DNA of 64,000 bases from Felis catus (lineage: Eukaryota). The notes under the pieces were generated by a model. The model was given only the letters and a program-made list of their open reading frames with translations. It was not told the origin of the DNA and did not search any database. This document shows, in pieces, positions 11,882-24,100 of the stretch. The translations under genes were made by a program, and so were the position numbers. The stretch spans positions 154,072,001 to 154,136,000 of the forward strand of contig NC_058368.1 in assembly GCF_018350175.1 (NCBI RefSeq), given 5' to 3'. Each line of letters begins with the position of its first letter. Position 1 is the stretch's first letter.

Positions 11882-14850
11882 CTCTCTCTCTCAAAAATAA
11901 AATTAAAAAAATGAATGGGTTAATCAGGAAATTAAAGAAGAAATTTTAAAAAATACATGGAAAAAAAGAAAACTTGTAGGATGCAGGAAAAGTGGTTCAA
12001 GGAGGAAAATGTATAGCAATACAGGTCTACCTCAAGAAGCAAGAAAAATCTTAAGCAATCTAACTTTAAACATGAAGAAGCTACAAAATGAACATAATGA
12101 AGCCTAAAACCAGCAAAAGGGAAAAAATAAAAATTAGAGCACAAATAAATGATATAGAAACAAAAATTCAGTAGAACAGATCAATGAAACAAGGAGCTGA
12201 TTCTTTAAAAAAATGAATAAAATTGATAAATCTCTAGCCAGACTTTTCAAAAAGAACAGAGAAAGGAACCCATATAAATAAAATCATGAATGAGAGTGGA
12301 GAGATTACAGAACCAACACTGCAGAAATTTGAACAATTATAAGACAATATTGTGAAAAATTACATGCCAACAAATTGGACAACATGAAAGAAGTGGAAAA
12401 AATTCCCAAAAACATATAGACTACCAAAACTAAAACTGGAAAAATAGAAAAATTTGAACAGACCAATAACCACTGAAATTGAATCAATAATCAAAAATCT
12501 CTTAACAAACAAAAGTTCAGGGAGAGATGGTGTCCCAGGGGAACTCTATGAAACATTTAAAAAACAATTAATACCTGTTTTTCTCAAACTGGTCCAAATA
12601 ATGGAAATGGAAGGAAAACTTAGAAACTCATTCTATGAGGCCATCATTATTTTGATTTCAAAACCAGACAAAGACCCCACTAAAAAAGAGAATTATAGGC
12701 CAATATCCTGGATGAACCTGGATGCAAAAATTATCAACAAGATACTAGCAAATCAAATCTAAGGGTACATTGACAGAAGTATTCACCAGGATAGAGTGGG
12801 ATTCATTCCTGAGCTGCAGGAGTGGTTTAATATTTGCAAATCGATCAATATGATATATCACATTAATAAAAAAAAGTACCACATCCATTTTGGATGAAAA
12901 TCCTCAAAAAATGAGGGATAGATGGAACATACCTCAACATCATAAAAGCCATATATAAAAAACACACAGCTAATATCATCCTCAATGGGGAGAAACTGAG
13001 AGCTTTTCTTCCACAGTCAAAAACAAGACATGGATGCCCTCCCTCACCATTGTTATTTTACATAGTACTGGAAGTACTAACCTCAGCAGTGAGACAACAA
13101 AAGTAAATAAAAGGCATCCAATTCAGCAAGAAAGACTTCCCACTTTGACTATTTGCAGACATGATACTCTATGTATAAAACTTGAAAGACTCCACGAAAA
13201 AGTTACTAGAACTGATGCATGAAGTCAACCAAGTTGCAGGATAGGAATTCAACATATGTCTGTTGCATTTGTACACACCAAAAATGAAGCAGCAAAAAGG
13301 GAATTCAAAGAATTAGTCCCATTTACAATTAAACCAAAATCAATAAGATACTTACAAATAAACTTCACCAAAGAGGTAAAAGATCTGTACTTGGGAAAGA
13401 ATAGAACACTGATGAAAGAAATTGAAGAGGACAAAAAAAGATGGAAAAAATAAAGGCATGGAAAAAATATTTCATGCTCATAGATTGGAAGAACACAGGT
13501 ATTATTAAAGTGTATATACTACCCAAAACCATTTATACTTTTAATGCAATCCCTATTAAAATACTGCCAGCATTTTTCTCAGAGACAGAACACAGAATCC
13601 TAAAGAGAATATGGAACTACAAAACACCCCAATAGCCAAAGCAGTCTTGAAAAGTAGAGGAAAGCTGGAGGAATCACAATCCCGGACTTCAAGTTATATT
13701 GGAAAGGTGTAGTGATCGATAGATTATGGTGCTGGCACAAGAATAGACACAAAGATCAATGGAACAGAATAAAAAACCCAGAAGTGGACCCACAACTATA
13801 TGGTCAACTAATCTTCAACAAAGCATGGAAGAATATCCAAGGGAATAAAGACAGTCTCTTCAACAAAGTGCTGAGAAAACTGGGAAACAACACGTAGAAG
13901 AATGAAACTAGACCACTTTCTTAAACTGTACACAAAAAGAAAATCAAAGTAAATGAAGGTCCTAAATGTAAGGCAGGAAACAATCAACATTCTAGAGGAG
14001 CATACAGGCACCAATTACTTTGACCTTGATGCCAGCAACATTTTACTAGTCACATCACCAGAGGCATTGAAAACACAAGCAAACATGAATTATTGGGACT
14101 TTATCAAGATCAAAAGCTTCTGAACAGTGAAGGAAACAGTCAATGAAACTAAAAAGCAACCCACAGGATTGGAGGCAATACTTGCTAATGACATTTGAAA
14201 AAGGTTAAGTATCCACAATCTATGAAGAACTTACTAAACCCAATGCTCAAAAAATAAATAGTAAAGAAATGGGCACAAGATATGACTAGACATTTTTCCA
14301 AGAAGATACCTACAGATGGCTAACAGACACATGAAAGGATGCTCAATATCACTCATCATCACGGAAATGTAAATAAAACTACAATACCACTTCACAATTG
14401 TCAGAATGGCTAAAATTAACAACAGGAAACAACAGATGTTGGTGAAGACACAGAGAAAAGGAAACTCTCTTACATTTGTGTTGGGATACAAATTGATGCA
14501 GCCTCTCTGGAAAACAGTATGGAGATTACTCAAAAAATTAAAAATAGAACTACCTTAAGATCCAGCAATTGCACTACTAGGTATTTACACAAAGGATACA
14601 AAAATACAGAACCAGAGGGGTACAAGCATCCCAATGTTTATAGCAGCATTAACAACAATAGCCAAACTATGAAGAGAGCCCCAAGAAGATGTGGTCTACA
14701 TATATGCTGGAATATTACCCAGCCATCAAAAAGAATGAAATCTTGCCATTTGCAGCAACGTGGGTGAAGCTAGAATGTGTTATGCTAAGTGAAATACATC
14801 AATCATAGAAAGACAAATGCCATATGATTTTACTCATATGTGGAATTTAA
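10921..14850 (+). pseudogene. Inactivated L1 ORF2
   Basis: Many stops and frameshifts between recognisable EN, RT and C-terminal fragments. Interrupted by a SINE. Confidence 0.85.
11668..11909 (+). mobile_element. CanSINE nested in L1 ORF2
   Basis: Consensus head, long (CT)n. TSD aatgaatgggt at 11657-11667 and 11910-11920. Confidence 0.95.
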
Positions 14851-15119
14851 GAAAGAAAATAGATGAACATATGGAAGGAGGAAAATGGAAGAGAGAGGGA
14901 AACAAACCACAAGAGACTCTTAATAATAAAGAACAAATGGAGGGTTAATGGAGGGACATGGGTGGGGAATGAGTTAAATGGGTGATAGGTATTAAGCAGG
15001 GAATTTGTTGACTTGAGCACTGGATGTTATATGTAAGTGATAAATCACTAAATTTTACTCCCAAACCTAATACACTGTATGTTAACGAACTAAAATTTAA
15101 ATAAAAACATGAAGTATAA

Positions 15120-17760
15120 AGAAAATAAGGATGAGCTTACAAAGGAAAATCTCAGTTATTTCAGTAAGGTAAAAATAATACACTATATATCACTATATAA
15201 ATAATATCACTATATAAACCAAAAAAATTTTGAAAATTCTCACACATTTCTTCTACCTTGAAATTAAAATCTTCAGTATTTATTGAAGGTAAAGGTAATA
15301 AAAACGCTATATATCAGACTCTGTAGAACACAATTACAATGATAACTAGAACACTATTCATAACAAAATAATTAATATAAAAGTCTAAAAATACTCATTA
15401 AACCATTCTGCAAAGAAGGATTGAAATAAAGATGAAAATGAAAAATAACTGAAAAATGGGACTTAGTTGGTCTGCTTTTCTATTCTGTTTGATAATTTAA
15501 TGAAGAAAATTAAAAGGCAAATAGCACAAATACCCAAAACAACTTGAAAGGCCCAAAACACTGAAACACAGGAAATTAAAAAATGACATGAGACTGATTT
15601 TTATATATACCTACAAATATCAGAAACATGAATTAGATAATATCTTAAAATTTACTAAAATTGATCTAAGAAAATTTTCCAGACGAATTCCCATAGAAAA
15701 AATTTCCCAGACAAATTTATCAAAGACCTATAACCACGTTCTATCCTAGCCCCACAGTTGTTTTTTTTTTAAACAAAAACAAAAGCAGGACACAATTGTA
15801 TCTTAGGGAAATTGTACCAATTCAACAAAACCCAGATAATGTTAATAGTATTAAAATGACTTCAGAATATGAAAAAGAAAAACTTGAAATGTGTTTTGAA
15901 GACAGGAAACATCGATACCTATGTACAATGTTGATAAAGTATTAAAAAAGAAAACTAGAGATTAATGAAAAATACTAAATAATTAACAATTTGAATTTTC
16001 ACATGTTAATGATAACTCATGACCAGTTTTATTATAGGAATGTGAGGATCATTTACTCTTAGGTAATGAATTAATATAATTAGTATACTCATAAAAGAAA
16101 TATTAGCACCTCCACTAATGCTGAAAAGGCATTCAACAAAATACAATAGCTACTCATAATTTAAAAAAAAAAAAAAGATAAGGAACTATTTATTGATTCC
16201 TCTTCCATTAACCTGTTAAAATCTACCGAGTCTAAAATTCAGAATCTTTTTAAAATAAGGAAGCAGTAGATATTTTTCCATTAGAGTCAGGAAAAATGAA
16301 AGTATGCATGCTATCGCCAGTATGATTTTAATGAGAGTTTTATAGATGTTAATGAAATGCACCAAGGCAAAAGAATTTGAGAGGCAGGAGCACTGGAAAA
16401 GAAGACAAAGTTATCTCTATTGGTATAAGGTATGATGATACCCCTGATCCAAAAAAAATCAATGACTGAATGTTTATTAGGAAAAGACATAAAATTAACA
16501 AGCAAAAACCAATAGCCTTTATGTAGCAAACAATAACCCATTAGAAGATAAAACATAAGAAAATAACTCAAAGGATGTAGAGAGATAAGTTACATAGTAA
16601 CGTAGTAACATGAATCAGAAAAGAAAAAAGAAATCTAAAAATTCAAATATACCTTAATATAATAGATTGGAATAAATGGACATTTGTATTTTTAGGATAA
16701 TTCCTATCTGCTCATAAAGATTTATTTCTCAAATTAATGTATAAATTAAATGTGATCTTAATAAAAATTCCTGTAGGAAAAAATAATTCTGTCTTTCTGA
16801 TAGGAAAACTCTGAAAAAGTAGAGAAGTGAAGAGTAACTGCCAGATATTCTGACATAATATATAAAATCCTTATTAAAACAGTATTAATTAAAATGGTAT
16901 GTATTTGGCACATGGTAAGACCAATGGAAAAGACTGGAAATCCGAAAATAGTTCCTAAAATGTGGTATATGATAAAGTTGGCTTCTAAAATATGTATGGA
17001 GTAGGAAAGATAGACTTGAAAAAAAGATCTGAAACGACTGGAAAGCCATTTTAAGGTCAGAAATCTATGTATTAAAAAAAATGAAACCATAGATTTACTA
17101 GTGAAAAACAATGATTTTTTGATGTTGAAGCGTGAAGTCTCTAATATACTTCAAAATTCAGAATCGGTAACATCAGATTGATAAACACATTAAAAAAAGT
17201 CTGTGTAAATGGGGAAACTAGGAGGAACTCCATAAGCAAAATCAAAATGAGGACCAAGGAAAAAAAATGCTTCCAGATTTTTTTTCATTAGGAATCATTT
17301 CCAAATTATAAGCTTGTAAAAATTAAGACGACCATCATTAGATAAAAGGGAGATAACTATGAGGATAAATTCAGAGAAAAGAAAGGCAAATGACCCATAA
17401 TAACATGAACACATGCTCGACGTCAATTACAGGAAGAGAAATGTAAATTAAAATTACTCTGAAATACCGCATCTTACTAGCAGATTGGCAAAACTCCAGA
17501 AATTTGACCACACACTTACTTGGCACAGCTCGGGAGAACGATTATTCTCCTATACTGCTGATAAGCATGAACAATTACACAAATCCATTACAGGATTACT
17601 TAGCCCTCTTAAAAAACTAACCTAAATATTTTTCCTTTGGACCCACGGATTGGAATCCACTCTTATGGTAAATCTCCACAAATATGAAACACAATATGCA
17701 CAAGGCTGCTCATGTAGGTTATTTGTAAGTGTAAAAGATTGGACACCAAATAAATGTCTG
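15120..17760 (+). mobile_element. Ancient L1 (L1M-type) ORF2/3' relic
   Basis: A-rich with residual ORF2 motifs: atgctgaaaaggcattcaacaaaatacaa (~16119), aaaatggtatgtatttggcaca (~16890), gaaatgtaaattaaaattactctgaaatacc (~17440). Confidence 0.7.
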
Positions 17761-19420
17761 TGAAAAGCAGGCCGACACACCCTTAGGTTGATGAGCTTAT
17801 TTATGTAAATTCAGATGGGCTTTTTCTTGTGTGTGTTTAGATCAAGAAAGAATTTTGTCTTCATCACTGTGCATTGTGATGCTTCTGCTTATTTCTCTGG
17901 AAAACTAATTTTCAATTCTTAGATTTTTGTGCTTTATCTTTTTACATGTTATCTTAGTTTGCGATCTCTTTTTCTGTGCATTCTGGATAAGTTTCTCAAA
18001 TTTACCCTCTATACCGTTGATTTGATTTTCTGTAATCAAATCCAATTGGGACTACCTCCAATGTGGATTTTTATTATGCCACTCTTAGGCTGCCAGCCCC
18101 CTTTCCGTCTTAACTCAGTCAGTTTTATCCTTAAGGTTTCTTGATTCTGCTTCCTATAACTCATTTCCTCTTGCATTATTTTGAGCACAACAAGCTGCTG
18201 CTTGCTTAAAAGAAAAAAAAAATACATCTATTCTTCTTGTGAAGGTTATTTTCAAAGTTTTTTTTTTTCCTCTATTAAGTATAATTTGCTTTTTGTTTCT
18301 GCTGGGTGGTAATTCATAGATGTATTTTTATTTGCCTTGTCTGGGCAGAGTGTTTGCCCTCAGGGTAGATGCCATGTTTCACAGCTCTTGTCACTATTTA
18401 CTTGAATGGTAGGTGGTTTGTCTCCTTCTATCTCAGCCTGAAGCACCACCCTAAGCTCGATTTGCAATTCGTGAAGTAGTTCTGTAAACTGAGTTTCCAT
18501 CATCTGCTGCTTCGATGCTAAGCTTCTCTTGTTCCAATATTCACTTACTGTTGGAATTCTTTGAACATAAAATGCTCTATCCTTGCCTTTTTCCCAACAC
18601 TGCTCCTTGCTTTTTTCAATTCTATACCGCTGAATATAACATTCGAATCAACATAGTTCTACTTAGGTATAAAAGGGAAAGAAGCCAATACATGTTGGAG
18701 ACAGAGCTGTTCACTGTATTCTGAATTTCATGCATATCCTATTTTTTGAGGGGGGGGGTGATTTATTTCAGGCCCAAATGTGGATGTTTTATATATAGTA
18801 CACGAATGTGTCATGACTTATTAAGCAGAAATTTGGCCCCGAGATAGGCCCACGGGCCTTTCCATAGGTCTAATTAGATTATTGTTGAGTACCTATACTA
18901 GATCTTTGGCAATACTTCTGTATACAGTGGTCTTAAATTTGTGTCCTTTGCTTCCTCCCCTCTGTTCTCCCTTTCTTCATTTTTAAACAAAGAGAGACTA
19001 ATACAAACATTGTGTTTAGGGTACTGGTCAGATTTGAGAATCAAATTCAAGGTCAAATTCAAGGTGATGCTAAGAGTGCATAGCCCCTTGCCTGGCTCAG
19101 AGTCTGGCAGGCGTTTGTACACTGTGACTTCGCTACACTTGAAATTGCTTTCAGTACCTGCTTTTGTGCCTCACGTATGCAGTACAAGAAAAAGTTTCTC
19201 CAACTTACCCATGCATACTCAGATATGTAAAGGGGGCAGCCATTTCTTGGTGCCAAACCTAACTCTTAACGGACAGCTTTCCTAATTTACATATATGTAT
19301 ATATACATATACACATACATTCTAAAATATGTTAATAAAATTCACCTTTGAGGCCATTCCACCATGTCAAACTAATAGCAACAGTACATTTAAATCACCC
19401 AATTAAAAAGTGATAGCCTT

Positions 19421-19683
19421 GGGGTGCCTGAGTGGCTCAGTTCATTAAGTGTCCAGCTTCAGCTTTAGGTCATCATCTTGCCATTCATGAGTTTGAACCT
19501 CACATCGGACTCTGTGTTGACAGCTTAGGGCCTGGGTCCTGTTTTGGATTTGAGTCTCCCTCCCTTCCTCCCTCCCTTTCTCTCTCTCTCTCTCTGTCTC
19601 TCTCTGCCTGCCCCTCCCCCCCCCCACCCTGGCTCACACTGTCTCCCAAAAATAAATAAACATTACACAATTTTTTCTTTTAA
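19421..19683 (+). mobile_element. CanSINE (SINEC_Fc type)
   Basis: ggggtgcctgagtggctcag head, (CT)n, A tail. Flanking tgatagcc direct repeat. Confidence 0.92.
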
Positions 19684-20249
19684 ATGATAGCCCTTTTCAA
19701 AAACAAAGCAAGAATTTCTGTAGAGCAAAAGAAGTTCCAAGGTGTGATTATTGGGGCCAAAGCTGCAAATCTGCTGAGCTCAGGGTATAGCTGCAGATGG
19801 CATTGAGCTATTCCATTGCTTTGTGGAAAATGGAAACCGGGTATGCAATATTCCCAATATTGGCTCTTGGTAGGAGCTACTAAAAATTGACAGTAGACAT
19901 GTATTGGGATGAGGAGACCAAAAGCACCTGTGGAGAGAAGGAAACGTCTTTATACACACAGTTGAGCACAGAAGTGAAAGAGGGAGCAACAAAACTTAAA
20001 AGAGCCTGCCTAATTTAAGATGAATCTCTAACTCAAAATATGAAAGCCTCTTGGTAAATGAATAAGAAAATTACGTTAAAAAATAAACAATTGAGAGGCT
20101 ATTTACTATGGAAAAATAAAAATAATAGAACAACCTAAAAATAAATGGGAAATGTATATAGGGGTCTTAAGGAGTTTATAAAAACATATGTATAAATACC
20201 TAATGGCAAGGAGTTAAAAAGCAATATAAGTAGTAACAAAACTAGAATT

Positions 20250-20620
20250 GTTGGGAAACGTGAACTTTTTCTACAGCAGTGTTCCAGCATCTGCTCTTGA
20301 GCTTCCAAAATGTTCAGACACCATTAAGGTGGCATCAGCAGTAGAAGAGTCTCCCTGATCTGCCTAAGTTCTGGGTCACAGCTGGCTCTTTCTCCAGCTT
20401 CTATTACCCGGGGTGTCCAGAGACTACAACTCTGTCACTTGTGGTAGCTTCTTGATTCCCACATACCTCCAGAGGTTATAGCTCTTGGTGAGCAGTGGGT
20501 CAGTTGAGTATGGTTCTGGAAATCATTCCTAGACCTAGGACACATGTCTTTAGCTCTTTTAGCAGTTTTTATAAGCATTTATTTTCCTGAATTAAACTAT
20601 TTCCTACTTAAATACTCTGA
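20250..20620 (+). mobile_element. Possible ancient ERVL-class LTR remnant
   Basis: GC-richer block ending ttttataagcatttattttcctgaattaaactatttcctacttaaatact, an LTR-like 3' end. No TSD found. Confidence 0.35.
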
Positions 20621-20715
20621 GATCATGAAAGGATGTGAATATATATGCTTTGGTGATTTGATGTGACTTGGCTTGAAAGTTGGTTTCCCGTTACCATTAG
20701 AAATAGAAAAGTCAC

Positions 20716-20914
20716 GGGTCCCTGGGTGGTTCAATCAGATAAGTATCTGACTCTTGACTTCAGCTCAGGTCATGATCTCACGGTTGGTAAATCAAGTCCC
20801 ACGTTAGGCTCTGCGCTGACAGTTGGGGCCTGCATGTGATTCTCTTTTTCCCTCTCTCTGTGCCCCTTCCCTACTTGTTCTTTCTTTCTCAAATAAATGT
20901 TAAAAAAAAAAAAA
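20716..20914 (+). mobile_element. CanSINE (older subtype)
   Basis: gggtccctgggtggttcaatcag head, A tail. TSD aatagaaaagtc on both sides. Confidence 0.92.
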
Positions 20915-21194
20915 GGAATAGAAAAGTCTGTGGTATGTTGAGGTCTGTGATATGTAAAAGAAATGATCAAATTATTATCTAAATTTAACTGGAATGAGAT
21001 GTCTAAGGCTAATCTTTGGTAGACCAAGTTGACTGTTACAGACCACAGAGGGGAGAATGAAGTATACAAAGGCTGTTTCTCAATACAGTAAAGAGACATA
21101 AATTAAATACACATCTGTTGACTCCTGAATCTTTGCACCACAGAAGAATAAGCAGCTAAATATTGCCACATTAAAAATTTCTAATACATAAACT

Positions 21195-24100
21195 TCATTT
21201 TTTAACAGTTAGAGGTTCATAGCAAAATTGACCAGAAAGCAGCAAACACACCACAATTCCTATTGCGTCCACTGACTTCATAAATAATGTATATTTGTCA
21301 CAATATATGAACCTACAGTGACAAAATATCATCTCAAATTTGTAATTTACATTAGAGTTGATTCGTCTATGTTTTTTGGATTTAGACAACTATATGATGA
21401 CATGTATTTATTATTGTATTACCAAACACAATGGATTCACTGCCCTAAAAATCCTCTGTGCCTAGAAATAGAGGGGCACCACCTCAACTTAAAAATCTCC
21501 AAAAAAAAACCAAAAAACAAAAAACAAAAAACAAAAAAAACCTTAGAGGTAACATTATCCTTAATGGTGAGAAACTTGAACCCTTTGCACAGAGATTAGT
21601 AACAGGGCAAAGATTTCCCCACTCCTCGCTCATTTCAACATCCTACTTAAAAAGGTATATAGTTAGTGAAGGGAGAGATAAAACAGTTTACAGGTTGCAT
21701 GATTGACTACATAGACTAACAGAATCAATGTCAAAATTCCTGGAACTAATAAGCAATTACAGCGAGGCTGTGTGATACAAGGTTAATATACAAAAGTTAA
21801 TTGTTTTGCTATATAGCAACAATGAACAAGTAGAATTTGGAATTAAGAACATTACCATTTACATTATTACTACAAAATAAATACTTAGGTGTAAAATAAC
21901 AGGTACAATATCTACATGAGGAAAACTATAAGAATCTGATGAATTAAATAACTAAAAAGGGACATTCCATATTTATGGATAGGAATATTCAATATTGTCA
22001 AGAAATGAGTTCTTACTACTTGGTATGAGGATTCAGCAGAATCCCATTCAAAACCCCAATAAGTTATTTTGTGGATATCAACACAAAGGATTCTAAATGT
22101 TTTATGGAGTGGCAAAAAAAAAAAAAAAAAAAAGAAAAGAAAAACCAACCCCCCCACACACAGAATAGCCAAAACAGTACTGTATGATTGAATATACTTT
22201 TGAAATTCTCTATCGAATTTTTAAGCTTTATAGCTGGATTTTTCAGTTCCAGGATTCCTGCATGGTTCTTCTTAATTTTTTTTAATAAAACTTCTCATTT
22301 TCTTCACGAATTGTTTTCCTTAGTTTGTTTACTTGTTTGTGTTCTCTTGGATTGCACAGAATTTCTTGAAGATGATTATTTTAGTCTCTTTGTCAGGTCA
22401 TTTGTAGATCTCCATCTCTTTAGAATCAGTTACTAGAGACTTACTAGTTTCTTCTAGTAGTATGATGCTTGCTTGATTTTTCATGATCATTGTAGTCCTA
22501 CAATGACAACTGTGCATTTTAAGAAACAAAAATCCCTGATAGGCTTTATAAACTAATATTGGCAGGGAAATATCTTATCCTTTCAGGTTCTAGGTTGATG
22601 GGATTGTCTTTGGGATCCCACACAAGTGGGGTTGTAGCCTGGTCACATGGCTGCTGCTCAACCCACATTGGGGTCTGCCATTTTGGGGCTCATTACCTGG
22701 GATTTATGTGGGCATGGATCATTTCTAGTCTGAATGGATGGGACTCTCTCTAGTACTTTGGTCAGTAGAGCTAGTGCTGGGCTAATGGTACGCCTCACAA
22801 TCTGCAGTTGAGTTCACAGATGGCCATACTTTTACCAGTGGCATGGAGGAGTGTGGCTTCTTGAGAGGACTCCTACCAGGTCACTGGATGGGTTCCTGGG
22901 CAGTCAGGACTGGCCTAGGGATGTGGCTTAGTGGAGCTGGAACTAAATTGGAAGACTTCATGAGAACCTATGGATAAGGAATGAGGTCTGCAGACCTGCC
23001 TCCAGGGGCACAAACAAATATGTATCTGTTGGTTCCCTGGATGGACATGACTGCTCTTGGACTGTAGCCGAGGGAACAGGGAGGGCTGGTTCACAGACTT
23101 TTACAAGATAGGATCAAGGTTGGTAGACCTGTTACCAAAAACTTGGTCCTCCTCGCAGGTTCCTTGGCAAATGGTGTAGGTGGTGGGAGCAAGGCCAAAG
23201 ACAGTTGTGGCTAATCCCTCCAGGATATGGGGCTGCTTCCTGGGTTTTAGCCAAGACTATTTTGGGAAGCTCGTCATTTTGGGATAGGTCTTTCTCAAGA
23301 TGACCCTTCAATATTTTAGACTCCACGAGGCTTTTGCAAGCTTCTATCTGGATCCCAAAAACCGTCATAAATGCTTTTATGTTTGTGGATAACTGCTAAA
23401 TTAGTGTTGTTGAGGGATATGAATGGGGAGCCTCCTCTTTAACCATCTTGGAGACATTGTCATTCCACTCACTTTGAAAAGTTGTGCTTTTGTTTTCACT
23501 TAGTTCAAACTATTATTGAATTTCTTTTAAGAGGCCTTTGACCAATATGTTACTTAGAAGTACGTTAATTAGTCTCCCTAAATTGTGGGATTTTTAAAAA
23601 CTATCTTGTTGAATATTGCATGTTAACTTGAGAACAATGTATATTCTGCTGTGGTTGGATGAAGTAGTCTATAAGTGGTAATTATATTCATTTGATGATG
23701 GTGATACTCAATTCAACTCTATACTTACTTATTTTCTGTTGACTGGATATATACATTCCCAATAGAGGTGCGTTCAGGTCGCCAACTATCTTAGTGTGGA
23801 TTCATCTGTTATCTTTGTAATTCTGTCAGTTTTTGTCTCATGTAATTTTGATGTTCTGTTGTTGAGTACATACTCATTAAGTATTCTTACATCTTTTGGG
23901 AGCATTGGCTTCTTTATCATCATGTATTGGTCACTTTTATCTATGAAGACTTACGTTGCTATGTAGTCTGCTTTGTCTTAATATAGCTCCTCAGGTTTTC
24001 TTTTGATTAGTATTAGCATGGTATATCTCTTATTTCTTTTAGTATATATGTGTCTACATGTGTGTCTTAAGGTGGGTCTCTTGGAGGCAATATATATTTG

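Larger units (their letters stand above)
10620..15115 (+). mobile_element. Older carnivore L1 (ORF1 3' part, full-length decayed ORF2, 3'UTR)
   Basis: ORF1 C-terminal-like sequence at 10635-10840. ORF2 start near 10921 (aatgctccaattaaaagaca). Fragments [26 protein letters not shown] and [13 protein letters not shown]. 3' end aactaaaatttaaataaaaa at ~15090-15107. Confidence 0.92.
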
